Numbered from the stretch's first letter, positions 1 to 11,417 are shown. The stretch is 64,000 nt of DNA from Vulcanimicrobiota bacterium (GCA_963782065.1 CAWAIE010000003.1:558667-622666), one strand, 5' to 3'. Numbers and translations: made by a program. Notes: generated by a model from the letters alone, not told the origin.

Positions 1-431
1 ATGTTATGAATGACCGTGCCGACCGGAATATTTTTGATCGGCAGCGCGTTGCCGATCTTGATGTCCGCGCCGGGTCCCGATTCGATCGCATCGCCAACCT
101 TGAGGCTCAGCGGCGCGAGGATATAGCGTTTCTCGCCGTCCTTGTAGTGCACGAGGGCGATGCGGCACGAGCGATTCGGATCGTACTCGATCGTCGCGAC
201 TTTGGCGGGAATCCCGTCCTTGGCGCGCTTGAAGTCGACGATCCGATAGCGGGGACGCGTTCCGCCGCCCTTGTGGCGCACGGTGATATGCCCGTTGTTG
301 TTGCGGCCGGCGTGCTTCTTTCCGGTTTCGAGCAGCGAACGCTCGGGCGCAACCTTCGTGAGGTCCGAGAAATCCATCGTGGTGATGAAGCGCCGTCCCG
401 GCGAGGTTGGCCGATATTTTTTTACAGGCAT
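1..431 (-). CDS. rplB: 50S ribosomal protein L2, N-terminal ~143 aa (3' end runs off the window)
   Basis: Manual reverse translation from ATG (rc of 429-431) gives [26 protein letters not shown]...[23 protein letters not shown], an L2 N-terminus. It lies directly downstream of rplW as in S10 operons. It is absent from the ORF track because it is truncated. Confidence 0.9.
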   Translation of the reverse strand, partial: MPVKKYRPTSPGRRFITTMDFSDLTKVAPERSLLETGKKHAGRNNNGHITVRHKGGGTRPRYRIVDFKRAKDGIPAKVATIEYDPNRSCRIALVHYKDGEKRYILAPLSLKVGDAIESGPGADIKIGNALPIKNIPVGTVIHN

Positions 432-433
432 GG

Positions 434-742
434 TTATTGCTCGAAGTAATTAACGCCGCCCAGTTCGATTTTTTGACCGGGCTTGAGGGTGACGATGGCT
501 TTCTTGGTGTCGGAAGTCTTGCCGGTCGTCCGCAGGTTGCGCCGCGCGAAGCGCCGCGTTTTTCCAGCGACGTTCACCGTGTTGACCTTGGTGACGTTGA
601 CCTTGAACAGTTCCTCGACCGCATGGCGAATCTGCGTTTTCGTCGCGTGCGGGTGAACCAAGAACGTGTACTGTTGCGTCAAAGCACCGGCCATCGATTT
701 CTCGGTAATGCGGGGCGCCATGATCACGTCGCGTGCGTCCAT
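434..742 (-). CDS. rplW: 50S ribosomal protein L23
   Basis: 102-aa ORF (…ITEKS…[13 protein letters not shown]) sits between rplD and rplB. Its ATG overlaps the rplD stop (TAATG). Confidence 0.9.
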   Translation of the reverse strand: MDARDVIMAPRITEKSMAGALTQQYTFLVHPHATKTQIRHAVEELFKVNVTKVNTVNVAGKTRRFARRNLRTTGKTSDTKKAIVTLKPGQKIELGGVNYFEQ

Positions 743-1401
743 TACGTTGCCCCTCCTTCGCCGGCGAGCGATTTGACGACGGCGTCGTAACCGGCGGTCG
801 TAAAAACGAGGCGCTCAAAGCGCAGCACGTCTTTCACGTCGAGCGCGCCGTCGTCGGTAACGCCGACGCGGCGCAAGTTTCCCGCGACGCGAGCGATCGC
901 GTCGCGATGGGCTTCGTCTCGCCCGCAGACGACGAGCGTCGACGGACCCGTCTTGGCCTCTTTGGCGCTCCCGAAAAGCAGCTTCGCGAACTCGGCGGTC
1001 TTGGTGATCGGGAACTCCGCCGCGTCGAGCAGCGTCACCGCGCCGGCGCCGAAGCGCTCGGAGAGCGCGGCGACGAACGCCGCACGCCGTTCCTTCTTAT
1101 TGAGCGACTGGACGTAACTGCGCGGCTGGGGTCCGAAGACGACGCCGCCGTGGCGCCACTGCGGAGAACGAATCGATCCCTGGCGAGCGCGTCCGGTGCC
1201 CTTCTGTTTCCACGGCTTGCGGCCGCCGCCCGAAACTTCGTCCCGCTTCTTGGTGGCCGCCGTCCCGGCGCGGGCGTTGGCAAGTTCGCGGTGGACGGCG
1301 CGAAAGATCAGATGCGTCTTCGCGGCAGGATCGGCGTTGAACATCGCCGGCGCCTCCACTTCGCGCACGACCTTTCCGCCGGCGTCGATGACGTTCGGCA
1401 T
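742..1401 (-). CDS. rplD: 50S ribosomal protein L4
   Basis: 219 aa with GGGRKPWKQKGTGRARQGSIRSPQWRHGGVVFGP, the L4 core motif. Operon position fits. Confidence 0.92.
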   Translation of the reverse strand: MPNVIDAGGKVVREVEAPAMFNADPAAKTHLIFRAVHRELANARAGTAATKKRDEVSGGGRKPWKQKGTGRARQGSIRSPQWRHGGVVFGPQPRSYVQSLNKKERRAAFVAALSERFGAGAVTLLDAAEFPITKTAEFAKLLFGSAKEAKTGPSTLVVCGRDEAHRDAIARVAGNLRRVGVTDDGALDVKDVLRFERLVFTTAGYDAVVKSLAGEGGAT

Positions 1402-1405
1402 CGCG

Positions 1406-2044
1406 TTAGGCTCCCGCCGCCTTGGCCGTCTTTACGCTGCGGCGCACGATGACGACGCCGTTCTTGGCGCCCGGAACCGGTCCGCGAACGAGTAAGAGAT
1501 TACGCTCCGCATCGGCGCGCACGACCTCGAGATTCTGCGTCGTCGTCCGGTCGACGCCGTATTGACCCGGCCGCCGGCTGCCTTTGAGCGTACGTCCGGC
1601 ATTGGTGTCGCCGTTCGAGGCGGGCTGACGGTGGATCATCGAGCCATGGCTCGCTCCGCCGCCGCTGAAATTGTGGCGTTTGATGCCACCCGAGAATCCG
1701 TGTCCTTTGGAGATCCCGACAACGTCGATCCGGTCGCCCGGCTCGAAGGCCGCTACCGTCACCGTCGCACCGACGTCGGCGCCGTCGATATCGTCGCGAA
1801 ACTCGCGCACGTACCGCGCCGGCTCGACGCCCTGCTTCTTGAAGTGTCCGGCAAGGGCTCGGGTGACGCGCCGTTTCTTTACGGACTCGAAGCCCAAAGC
1901 GACGGCTTCGTAGCCGTGCTTCTCCTTCGTCCGGCGCTCCACAACCGTGCAGGGACCGGCTTCGATCACCGTCACCGGCACGTAGCGCCCGTCGTCGGTG
2001 AAAACGCTCGTCATCCCAACCTTGCGGCCAAGGATGTTCTTCAT
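1406..2044 (-). CDS. rplC: 50S ribosomal protein L3
   Basis: 212 aa, MKNILGRKVGMTSVF… and FSGGIKRHNFSGGGASHGS, typical of L3. Confidence 0.92.
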   Translation of the reverse strand: MKNILGRKVGMTSVFTDDGRYVPVTVIEAGPCTVVERRTKEKHGYEAVALGFESVKKRRVTRALAGHFKKQGVEPARYVREFRDDIDGADVGATVTVAAFEPGDRIDVVGISKGHGFSGGIKRHNFSGGGASHGSMIHRQPASNGDTNAGRTLKGSRRPGQYGVDRTTTQNLEVVRADAERNLLLVRGPVPGAKNGVVIVRRSVKTAKAAGA

Positions 2045-2151
2045 TACGTCCTCGTCACTGAATCAGCTAGTACACGGGTCCAGGCGTATTGCTCATTTCT
2101 TCCGCCGGCGCACGAAACGAAGCCGCGGCCGGCCTGGACCACAACCCCGGA

Positions 2152-2180
2152 AGTTTACCAGGCGCTGCCGGGCGCGTCAA
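2152..2180 (-). promoter_or_regulatory. Putative sigma70-type promoter for rplC-rplD-rplW-rplB (TTGACG-17 nt-TAAACT)
   Basis: Minus strand reads TTGACG (rc 2175-2180), an exact 17-nt spacer, then TAAACT (rc 2152-2157), about 100 nt upstream of the rplC ATG. Same architecture as the promoters upstream of rpsL, tuf and rpoB. Confidence 0.55.
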
Positions 2181-2276
2181 GCGACGGCGTGGGCGCGATT
2201 TCTCGTCCGGGCATCGTACCTTTGTGGGGTGAGCACCAAGGCGGCCCTGCGACCGGCCACTCGCCGCGGGCTCGGC

Positions 2277-3464
2277 TCACGTGAACGCGTCGAGCCCGGT
2301 GATTTCCTTGCCGACGACGAGCGTGTGCATCTCGCTGGTGCCTTCGTAGGTGAGCACCGACTCGAGGTTGTTCATGTGCCGGATGACGGGGTACTCGAGC
2401 GTGACGCCGTTGGCGCCCAGGACGGTCCGCGCTTGACGAGCAATCGCGAGCGCTTCGCGCACGTTGTTTAGTTTTCCGAAGCTCACCTGCGCGGGTGCCA
2501 GCCGCCCTTCATCTTTGAGGCGTCCGAGGTGCAGCGCTAGCAGCGTGCCTTTATTCAGTTCGAGCAGCATGTCGACGAGCTTCTCTTGCGTGAGCTGAAA
2601 GCCGCCGATCGGCCGATCGAACTGTACCCGCGTTTTCGCGTACTCGAGCGCCGTCTCGTAACACGAACGCGCCGCCCCCATCGCGCCCCACACGATGCCA
2701 TAGCGCGCCTCGTTCAAACATGCCAGCGGGCCGCCCAAACCGCGGGCCCCGGGCAACAATGCGCCGGCCGGAAGACGGCAATCTTGCATCACCAGTTCGC
2801 TCGTGACCGAGGCGCGCAGGGAGAGCTTGCGGTGAATGTTCGATGCCCGAAAGCCCTTCGTCTCGGTCGGCACGATGAACCCGCAAATACCGTCGCCGGT
2901 CTGCGCCCAAACGATGGCGAGATCGGCGATCGATCCGTTGGTGATCCACATTTTCGTCCCGTCGAGCACCCAATCGGAGCCGTCGCGTCGCGCGAAGGTG
3001 CGCATTCCGCCGGGATTGCTGCCGAAATCCGGTTCGGTCAGACCGAAACAGCCGATCGCTTCGCCGCGCACCATGCGCGGCAGCCAGGTATTCTTCTGCG
3101 TCTCGTCGCCCCAGCGATGAATCGCGAACATCGCCAGCGATCCTTGCACCGACGCGAAGCTGCGCACGCCGGCGTCGCCGGCCTCCAGTTCCATGCAGGC
3201 GAGACCGTAGGCGACCGCGCTCGCGCCGGGACAGCCGTAGCCTTCGAGATGCATGCCGAGCAAGCCGAGCGCGCCGAGTTCGCGACCGAGTTCGCGCGGC
3301 AGCGTTCCTTCTTCGAACCATTCGGCAACGTTGGGCAACACGCGGTCGCGGACGAACGCGCGCACGGTGTCGCGAATCAGTCGCTCTTCGTCGGAGAGCA
3401 GCGACGACGCGCCGATGAAGTCCACGGCGTCGAGCGCCGGCGCCTTCACGCGGGTCGCGCTCAC
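2277..3464 (-). CDS. gcdH: Glutaryl-CoA dehydrogenase (acyl-CoA dehydrogenase family)
   Basis: 395 aa with [24 protein letters not shown] and C-terminal [25 protein letters not shown], matching the GCDH-type ACAD pattern. GTG start overlaps the upstream stop (GTGA). Confidence 0.75.
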   Translation of the reverse strand: MSATRVKAPALDAVDFIGASSLLSDEERLIRDTVRAFVRDRVLPNVAEWFEEGTLPRELGRELGALGLLGMHLEGYGCPGASAVAYGLACMELEAGDAGVRSFASVQGSLAMFAIHRWGDETQKNTWLPRMVRGEAIGCFGLTEPDFGSNPGGMRTFARRDGSDWVLDGTKMWITNGSIADLAIVWAQTGDGICGFIVPTETKGFRASNIHRKLSLRASVTSELVMQDCRLPAGALLPGARGLGGPLACLNEARYGIVWGAMGAARSCYETALEYAKTRVQFDRPIGGFQLTQEKLVDMLLELNKGTLLALHLGRLKDEGRLAPAQVSFGKLNNVREALAIARQARTVLGANGVTLEYPVIRHMNNLESVLTYEGTSEMHTLVVGKEITGLDAFT

Positions 3465-4444
3465 CGGTTGACGAAACTCATGTCGGCATATCGCTTGCCG
3501 CTAGCCGCATCGGGATGAAAGACGCTCTCCAGCGTCGCGAGATCGTCAGGCGACAGGACGACGTCGAGCGCACCCACGTTTTCCTCCAGGTACCTGACGC
3601 GCTTGGTTCCCGGAATAGGAACGACATCTTCGCCTTGCGCGCAGAGCCACGCCAGCGCGATTTGCGCCGCCGAGCACCCCTGGCGCGCGGCGATCGTTTC
3701 GACTTCACGCACGAGCTCGCGGTTACGGTGAAAGTTATCGCCGGTGAAGCGCTCGCTAGTGCCGCGAAAGTCGCCGGCGGCGAACTCCGGGCTCGTGATC
3801 GCTCCGGTGAGAAACCCGCGCCCCAGGGGACTGTACGCCACGATTCCCGCGCCGCACGCGCGCGCGGCCTCGAGTTGGCCGGTTCGCTCCAAGTCGCGGG
3901 ACCACAGCGACCACTCGTTCTGCACTGCGGTGATGCGGTGGACGCGCGCAGCTCGGCGTAGCGTCTTCGCGCTTGCTTCCGAGAGCCCGAGATAGCGCAC
4001 CTTTCCCTCGCGCACGAGTTCCGCCATCGCGCCGACGGTTTCTTCGATCGGGACGTTCAGATCGCGCCGATGCTGGTAGTACAAGTCGATGTGGCTGGTG
4101 TTGAGACGCCGCAGCGACGCTTCGCAGGCGGCGCGCACGTGCTCGGGCCGTCCGCTGATCTCGCGTTTGTCCGGATCGGCGCGGTCGCGGATGAACCCAA
4201 ACTTCGTCGCGAGGAAGACGCGGTCGCGCCGACCGGCGATCGCTCTGCCGACGAGCGACTCGTTGTCGCCATGACCGTACATGTCGGCGGTGTCGAGCAT
4301 CGTGACCCCGAGTTCGAGCGCTCGAGCGATGGTGAGCAGCGACTCGGGCTCGTCGGCCGCGCCGTAGAACTCCGACATACCCATGCAGCCGAGGCCCATC
4401 GCCGAGACGAGCGGACCCTCCGGGCCTAGACGACGTTGCTGCAT
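3461..4444 (-). CDS. Aldo/keto reductase family oxidoreductase
   Basis: 327 aa with [25 protein letters not shown] and LGRGFLTG, which are AKR motifs. Confidence 0.8.
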   Translation of the reverse strand: MQQRRLGPEGPLVSAMGLGCMGMSEFYGAADEPESLLTIARALELGVTMLDTADMYGHGDNESLVGRAIAGRRDRVFLATKFGFIRDRADPDKREISGRPEHVRAACEASLRRLNTSHIDLYYQHRRDLNVPIEETVGAMAELVREGKVRYLGLSEASAKTLRRAARVHRITAVQNEWSLWSRDLERTGQLEAARACGAGIVAYSPLGRGFLTGAITSPEFAAGDFRGTSERFTGDNFHRNRELVREVETIAARQGCSAAQIALAWLCAQGEDVVPIPGTKRVRYLEENVGALDVVLSPDDLATLESVFHPDAASGKRYADMSFVNR

Positions 4445-4468
4445 CGTGTCTGCGACCGCGCTTGACGC

Positions 4469-4894
4469 TCAGCGCTTGAGGACGCGCGCGAGCTTGTCGA
4501 AGAGCGCTTCGGTCGAACGTTCGAACTGATCTTCAAAGCGCCGCCAGAGCAAACGTCCGTCGGTGTCGGACAACATCGCATCGACGCGGTAGATCAGCAC
4601 GGTCTCTTTGCCTTCGCTCGACAGATGAAACGAGTGCGTACCGTCGATGCCGTCGTTTTGAATGCGCCAGACGATCCGCTCTTCAGGCGACGTTTCCGCG
4701 AGGATACCGTGCATGCCCAGATGCCACTCCTCGGTCTTGCCCGGAACCAGCGGTCCCGGCGAACGCATGAAGGGCTGCGAGGCGAACGGCCAAATCTGGT
4801 CGCCGGAGGTCCCCATCTCTTCGAGAAGATGGTAGATGCGGCGTTTGGTGCCGTGGAACGAGCGCGTCCGGGTCTCGTGGAGCTCGATGGGCAT
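4469..4894 (-). CDS. SRPBCC/START-like small protein (function unknown)
   Basis: The ORF-track entry is 328 aa, but only the last 141 aa (MPIELHETRTRSFHG…) look protein-like. ATG confirmed at rc 4892-4894. The upstream part is Arg/Ala shadow sequence overlapping the chromate transporter gene. Confidence 0.5.
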   Translation of the reverse strand: MPIELHETRTRSFHGTKRRIYHLLEEMGTSGDQIWPFASQPFMRSPGPLVPGKTEEWHLGMHGILAETSPEERIVWRIQNDGIDGTHSFHLSSEGKETVLIYRVDAMLSDTDGRLLWRRFEDQFERSTEALFDKLARVLKR

Positions 4895-4950
4895 CCGCCG
4901 TCGTTCGCTGGCAGGCCGCGGAAAAACTTCCCAGCTCCCGCACGTCGCGT

Positions 4951-5493
4951 TTAGCGGAGCGCGACGATCCCGACGATCCCGGAGAGAACGATCAGCAGCG
5001 GCGCGCTCAACTTCGTGCGCAGCATGAGCAGCGCGACCACGGCCGCCAGCGTGTACGGCAAGACGCCCGACGCCGTTCCGCGCGCAATCGTCAGGACGCT
5101 GGCCCACACTAGGCCGACGATCGCGGGCGCCAACCCGTGCGCGACGATCGGCCGCCACGGAGATGCGGAAAAGCGCTCCCACAGTTTGTCGACGACGATC
5201 ATGATCGCACTTGAAGGAACGAACATGCCGATCGTGGCGATGCCCGCACCCAAGAACGGATTGGACGGCATCGCCGCATATCCGATCAGTGCCGCAAAGA
5301 TGGTCGTGGGCCCGGGCACGAGCTTGCCGATCGTGTAGAACTGGCTGAACTGGTCGTTCGTCACCCACCCGAAAGCGGTCGCCTCGCGGTGCATCTGCGG
5401 AATGATGCCCTTGCCGCCGCCGAATCCCAAGACCGAGAGTTGCGAAAACGTCCACAGCAAGTGCAGGGCCGTATTGAAGGAAGCAGGGCTCAT
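4951..5493 (-). CDS. Chromate ion transporter (CHR) family, short-chain half (C-terminal-type)
   Basis: 180-aa core MSPASFNTALHLLWTFSQLSVLGFGGGKGIIPQMH… is multi-TM. ATG at rc 5491-5493 overlaps the stop of the upstream half (ATGA). Confidence 0.75.
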   Translation of the reverse strand: MSPASFNTALHLLWTFSQLSVLGFGGGKGIIPQMHREATAFGWVTNDQFSQFYTIGKLVPGPTTIFAALIGYAAMPSNPFLGAGIATIGMFVPSSAIMIVVDKLWERFSASPWRPIVAHGLAPAIVGLVWASVLTIARGTASGVLPYTLAAVVALLMLRTKLSAPLLIVLSGIVGIVALR

Positions 5494-6071
5494 TTGTCCG
5501 CCGTGCCCGCGCGGCGCGTGCGAGCGTACTCGTGAACCATGCCGATACCGCCGAAAACGACTAAGACCAACAGCAGCGGCATCCGGAAGAACGCGACGAC
5601 GAGCGCCGTTACGACGAGAAGCAGCACGCGTAGCCAGTCGCCACGTTCGTCCCAACTCAACTCGAGCGCGTTGCCGATCGTCAGACCGAGGGCGCCGACG
5701 GCGCAGCCGCGCAACGCTCCGTGCACGAACGGGTTGGAAGCGAACTTGAAGTAGAGCGCGCCGGCGATGAGGATGATCGCAAACGGCGGAATGCTCGCGC
5801 CGAGAAATGCAGCGAGGGCGCCGGGCAGCCCGCGAACCTTTTGGCCGCAATAGATGGCGAGGTTGAGGATGTTCGGTCCCGGCAGCACCTGCGCCAACTC
5901 GAGCCCGTCCATAAAGACTTCGCCGTCCATCCAGCCGCGCGACGTCACCTGACGGCGAATGCTGGCTTTTTGGCCGCCGCCAAACGAGGTCGACGAGATT
6001 GCGGCGAAGGCGAGGGCGATGCTCAGGAGCGATGGCCGGGCGGCCGGTGAAGCTGCCGCCTCAGCTGACAT
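5490..6071 (-). CDS. Chromate ion transporter (CHR) family, short-chain half (N-terminal-type)
   Basis: 193 aa with SFGGGQKASIRRQVTSRGWMDGEVFMDGLELAQVLPGPN, a CHR signature. Paired with 4951..5493. Confidence 0.75.
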   Translation of the reverse strand: MSAEAAASPAARPSLLSIALAFAAISSTSFGGGQKASIRRQVTSRGWMDGEVFMDGLELAQVLPGPNILNLAIYCGQKVRGLPGALAAFLGASIPPFAIILIAGALYFKFASNPFVHGALRGCAVGALGLTIGNALELSWDERGDWLRVLLLVVTALVVAFFRMPLLLVLVVFGGIGMVHEYARTRRAGTADK

Positions 6072-6504
6072 CCGGGAGCGGATGGTCGACGACCGGCGAC
6101 GTGTGCTTGCCGGAGAGAATGTGAATGTGGACGTGCTCGGTGTGCTGGTACGGCGGCAGCACGCCCATGCGGATGACGAAGCCCTTCTCGTAGAGGTTCA
6201 TCTTGAGCGCGACTTTCTGGATGCCGGCGACGAGCCGGTTCCAGATCCGGGCATCGCCCAGACCGAGGTCCAGAATCGTCGGAATCCAGCACTTCGGGAT
6301 GATGACGACGTGGATTTCCCACCATTCCGCCTTACTGCGGTCGATGTTGTGGCGGAACGCGAAGACGTCGTCGTCTTCGTAGACCACCTCGTCGGCCTTC
6401 GCTCGGGTTCCGTCGAGCCGACCGCGGAAGGTATGCTCCGGGTCGGGCTTCTCCCATTGGTGCTGCTCGCTGCCGGCGAGCAGTTCCGAAATCCATGCGG
6501 TCAT
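6061..6504 (-). CDS. HIT (histidine triad) family hydrolase
   Basis: 147 aa with an intact triad HTEHVHIHILSGK near the C-terminus. Confidence 0.75.
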   Translation of the reverse strand: MTAWISELLAGSEQHQWEKPDPEHTFRGRLDGTRAKADEVVYEDDDVFAFRHNIDRSKAEWWEIHVVIIPKCWIPTILDLGLGDARIWNRLVAGIQKVALKMNLYEKGFVIRMGVLPPYQHTEHVHIHILSGKHTSPVVDHPLPDVS

Positions 6505-6609
6505 CGCTTCGCTCCAAACTGAGGAATTGGAATACCCGCACTCGTGCTTTCAGAACGCCGCGGCTGCGTCCTCCAAGGAAATCCCACGCGGCAGTTCCAA
6601 GTGGCAGGC

Positions 6610-7044
6610 ATGGCCGAGCACAAGTCGATCGTCACGCCCAGCGATATCCTCGGCGGCCCGCCCGAGTGGCCGAAGGATTCCCGCTCTTGGGACAAAGTCG
6701 TCGGTGACAACGAGATCATCTACGAAGACGATCACGTCGTCGTCTTCCACGACCCGGTCGACGACGAAGACGAGTCAGCCCGCGAGGATCAAGAGATCCG
6801 CGCGACGCTCATTTCCAAGCGGCACGTGCACAGTCTGATGGACTTGGGCGTCGGTGACGAGCAGCTGAGCGCGCACATCCTCAACGGGGTGCAGCAGGCC
6901 GCCTACCGCCTCGGCCTGCACAAGAAGGGTTTCGAAATTCGCGCGCACGTCTATCCGCCGATGCAGCGCCGCCCCGAACTCGCCTTCAAGATTCGTGCCG
7001 GCAAGCCGCCGCATAAAGCCAACGCCGCCAACCCGGCGCCCTAG
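6610..7044 (+). CDS. HIT-like paralog lacking the histidine triad
   Basis: Aligns by eye to 6061..6504 (NEIIYEDDHVVVF / EVVYEDDDVFAF; LHKKGFEIRAHVYPP / LYEKGFVIRMGVLPP), but the triad position reads RRPELAFKIRAGK. Start taken at ATG 6610 (MAEHK), so the upstream 22 codons of the track ORF are dropped. Confidence 0.55.
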   Translation: MAEHKSIVTPSDILGGPPEWPKDSRSWDKVVGDNEIIYEDDHVVVFHDPVDDEDESAREDQEIRATLISKRHVHSLMDLGVGDEQLSAHILNGVQQAAYRLGLHKKGFEIRAHVYPPMQRRPELAFKIRAGKPPHKANAANPAP

Positions 7045-7050
7045 TCCGCG

Positions 7051-7341
7051 TTACGTCTTCGGACCGACGTCGCGCTCGGCGATTTTGCCGAGTGCCTGAA
7101 TCACGACGATCGCAAGGACGGTGACCAAGACCGCGTAGATGAGTTCCGCGAATACACCGCTACCGGGCTTGAGAAAGATGGCGATGAGGTCCGCGATGAA
7201 CTTGTTCCACGCTCCGGCCGCGAGCAGGCCGAACGCGACCGTCGCAAGGGCGATCATCGTTCCGATGTAACCTGATTTCACTTCCACTTGGAGATCCTCC
7301 GTGGGCTGGGGTGCTTTAGACGTTACCCTGGTTTCGCCCAA
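7051..7341 (-). CDS. Small two-TM membrane protein (DUF5654-like)
   Basis: 96 aa with hydrophobic helices MIALATVAFGLLAAGAWNKF and LIYAVLVTVLAIVVIQAL. The family assignment is from memory only. Confidence 0.45.
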   Translation of the reverse strand: MGETRVTSKAPQPTEDLQVEVKSGYIGTMIALATVAFGLLAAGAWNKFIADLIAIFLKPGSGVFAELIYAVLVTVLAIVVIQALGKIAERDVGPKT

Positions 7342-7399
7342 AGAAAAAACGCCCCGCCCGAATGGGGGCGAGGCGCCGCAGCCCGGCCGAGGCCGGCGG

Positions 7400-7708
7400 C
7401 TAAGCCTTGAGTTCGATATCGACGCCGGCCGGAAGGTCGAGGTGCATCAGCGCATCCATCGTCTTCGGCGACGCCTGCAGAATGTCGATCAAACGCTTGT
7501 GCGTGCGCATCTCGAAATGCTCCCGCGACTTCTTGTCGTTGTTCGTCGAACGCTGCACGCAAAACCGGTTGATCTCGGTGGGCAGCGGCACCGGACCGCT
7601 CACGAACGCTCCCGTGCGTTTGGCGGTGTCGACGATGCGCTCGGCCGACTGGTCGAGAACGCGATGGTCGTAGGCCTTCAGACGAATCCGAATCTTTTGC
7701 TTTGACAT
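7400..7708 (-). CDS. rpsJ: 30S ribosomal protein S10
   Basis: 102 aa, [21 protein letters not shown]…RTHKRLIDI, classic S10. Preceded by an AT-rich purine leader (AGAGAAAGAAAG-ATG). Confidence 0.93.
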   Translation of the reverse strand: MSKQKIRIRLKAYDHRVLDQSAERIVDTAKRTGAFVSGPVPLPTEINRFCVQRSTNNDKKSREHFEMRTHKRLIDILQASPKTMDALMHLDLPAGVDIELKA

Positions 7709-7911
7709 CTTTCTTTCTCTTTATTCTATTTTCAAGGATAGGAGTGAGATTCGAGTGGCGCTACGTGTCATCGAGGGGACTCCGACGCGAGCGCCTTTGG
7801 CTGGAGGCCATAATTTTCCTTAACAGGAGGCGCGAGCGCGGCGTAGCAGGAGCGCGGCATGGAGGCCGCGCGACGAGCGACCCGAGACGACACGTAACGC
7901 CATGAGAATCG

Positions 7912-9111
<1,200 letters not shown>

Positions 9112-9250
9112 TTTCTTCCTTACACTTGACGCAAGCTGAGAGGGGTGCGGGACGCCGCTGCCGGTTCAAGTCCTCGGACCCTGGCGTTTGGCAGCGCAGT
9201 CACCGCTTACGATGCAAACGCCCCCGCGAAGAGGGCGCATGACCCCTGGG

Positions 9251-9280
9251 ACTATACCAAGGCGCGCCTTACCCTGTCAA
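9251..9280 (-). promoter_or_regulatory. Putative near-consensus sigma70 promoter upstream of tuf (TTGACA-18 nt-TATAGT)
   Basis: Minus strand reads TTGACA (rc 9275-9280), an 18-nt spacer, then TATAGT (rc 9251-9256), about 140 nt upstream of the tuf ATG in the fusA-tuf spacer. Confidence 0.6.
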
Positions 9281-9320
9281 CGAGCCGGCGTCCAAGCGGG
9301 CGCCAACGGTAAAGCCGCTT

Positions 9321-11417
9321 TTATGCGTGGGCTGGCTTCTTGCCCGAAGCCTTGGCGACGATCTCTTCTTCGACCGACTTTGGCGCCTTCTCGTAGTGTG
9401 AAAACTCCATCGTATACGTCGCGCGGCCTTGCGTCGCCGACCGCATGTCGGTCGCGTAGCCGAACATCTCCGAGAGAGGCACGTTCGCCGTGATCACCTG
9501 CGCGCCGCCGGGCGCCTCTTCGGTGGCTTGGATCACGCCGCGCCGGCGAACGAGGTCGCCGGTGATGCCGCCCATGTAGTCTTTGGGCGTCGTCACTTCG
9601 ACCTTCATGATCGGCTCGAGGAGGATGGGACCGGCCGTGCGATTGGCCTCCTTCCAACCCAGCGACCCGGCAACTTTGAACGCCATCTCCGACGAGTCGA
9701 CGTCGTGGTAGGAACCGTCGAACGCGGTCACTTTGAAATCCAACACCGGATAGCCGGCCAGCACGCCGCTCTGCGACGATTCCTTGATGCCTTCCTGAAC
9801 CGCTTTGGCATACTCCTTGGGCACTTTGCCGCCGACGATCTTCCAATCGAAGACGAAACCGGTCCCGGGCTCCTGTGGCTCCACGCGCAGCCAGATGTCG
9901 CCGTACTGGCCTTTGCCGCCCGACTGGCGGACGAACTTGCCTTGTTTTTCGACCGTCTTGGTGATCGCTTCCTTATACGCCACTTGCGGCTTGCCGACGT
10001 TGGCCTCGACTTTGAATTCGCGGCGCAGGCGGTCGAGGATAATCTCGAGATGCAGTTCGCCCATGCCGGCGATGATCGTCTGCTGCGTTTCTTCGTCGGT
10101 GCGCATGCGGAAGGTCGGATCCTCCTGCGCGAGACGCGTCAACGCCTGACCGAGTTTGTCTTGGTCGCCCTTGGTCTTCGGTTCGATCGCTTGCGAAATC
10201 ACCGGCTCGGGGAACGTAATCGACTCGAGCGTGATCGGTGACTTTTCGTCGCAGAGCGTATCGCCGGTACGTGTGTCGGAGAGACCGACGGCAGCAGCGA
10301 TGTCCCCCGCGCCGATCGCGTCGATGTCTTCGCGATGGTTGGCGTGCATGCGCAGGATGCGCCCGATGCGCTCCTTGCGGCCGCTGCGCGAGTTGAGCAC
10401 GTAGCTGCCCTTGTTCAGAACGCCCGAGTAGACGCGGAAGTAGGTCAGGTTGCCGTAGGGATCGGTCGCGATCTTGAAAGCCAGCGCGCAGAACGGCTCG
10501 GCGTCGTCGGGTTTGCGCGTCAGTTCGTGACCGTCCTTGGGGTCTTTCCCGACGATGCTCTTGGCATCGAGCGGCGAGGGCATGTAGTCGACCACGGCGT
10601 CGAGCAACGGCTGGACGCCCTTGTTTTTGAACGCGGATCCGCAGAGCATCGGCAGCACCGTGCCATCGATCGTAGCGCGCCGCAGCGCCGCCTTCATGCG
10701 ATCGATGGGGAGTTCCTTACCGTCGAAGAACATCTCGAGCAGCTCGTCGTCTTGCTCGGCGATCGCCTCGACGAGTGCTTGCCGCCACGTCATCGCCAGG
10801 TCGCGCAGCTCGCCTTCGACGTCTTCCGAAGCCATCGTCGAGCCCAGATCGTCGCTGTAGACGACCTTCTTCATCGTAAACAGGTCGACGACGCCCTTGA
10901 ACTTATCCTCGGCGCCGATCGGGACTTGAATCGGCACGGCGCGGCCGCCCAGGCGCTCGCGAATCTTGTCGACCACGTTGAAGAAGTCGGCGCCCATCCG
11001 GTCCATCTTGTTGACGAAGATGATGCGCGGCACGCGGTATTTGTTGGCCTGGCGCCAGACGGTTTCGGACTGCGGCTGCACCGCCGCGACGGAATCGAAG
11101 AGCGCGACCAGCCCATCGAGCACCCGCAGCGAACGCTCGACTTCCACGGTGAAATCCACGTGACCGGGCGTGTCGATGATGTTGATGCGCGTATCGCGCC
11201 AGGTCGTCGCCGTGGCGGCCGAAGTGATCGTAATGCCGCGTTCCTGCTCCTGGACCATCCAATCCATCGTCGCGGCGCCGTCGTGGACTTCGCCGATCTT
11301 GTGGACGCGGCCGGTATAAAACAGAATGCGCTCGGTGCAGGTCGTCTTGCCTGCATCGATGTGGGCGGCGATGCCGATGTTGCGGGTTTGCTCTAACGGA
11401 TATTGTCGTACTGGCAT
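9321..11417 (-). CDS. fusA: Elongation factor G
   Basis: 698 aa, [37 protein letters not shown]. Confidence 0.97.
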   Translation of the reverse strand: MPVRQYPLEQTRNIGIAAHIDAGKTTCTERILFYTGRVHKIGEVHDGAATMDWMVQEQERGITITSAATATTWRDTRINIIDTPGHVDFTVEVERSLRVLDGLVALFDSVAAVQPQSETVWRQANKYRVPRIIFVNKMDRMGADFFNVVDKIRERLGGRAVPIQVPIGAEDKFKGVVDLFTMKKVVYSDDLGSTMASEDVEGELRDLAMTWRQALVEAIAEQDDELLEMFFDGKELPIDRMKAALRRATIDGTVLPMLCGSAFKNKGVQPLLDAVVDYMPSPLDAKSIVGKDPKDGHELTRKPDDAEPFCALAFKIATDPYGNLTYFRVYSGVLNKGSYVLNSRSGRKERIGRILRMHANHREDIDAIGAGDIAAAVGLSDTRTGDTLCDEKSPITLESITFPEPVISQAIEPKTKGDQDKLGQALTRLAQEDPTFRMRTDEETQQTIIAGMGELHLEIILDRLRREFKVEANVGKPQVAYKEAITKTVEKQGKFVRQSGGKGQYGDIWLRVEPQEPGTGFVFDWKIVGGKVPKEYAKAVQEGIKESSQSGVLAGYPVLDFKVTAFDGSYHDVDSSEMAFKVAGSLGWKEANRTAGPILLEPIMKVEVTTPKDYMGGITGDLVRRRGVIQATEEAPGGAQVITANVPLSEMFGYATDMRSATQGRATYTMEFSHYEKAPKSVEEEIVAKASGKKPAHA

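Noticed and set aside
9163-9173. GGTTCAAGTCC, a tRNA T-loop-like string in the fusA-tuf spacer (tRNAs often precede tuf).
   Set aside because: The flanking 5-mers (GCCGG / CCTCG) cannot pair as a T-stem. No acceptor or anticodon arms could be built, and the string is on the opposite strand to tuf. It is not a tRNA, and at most a remnant.
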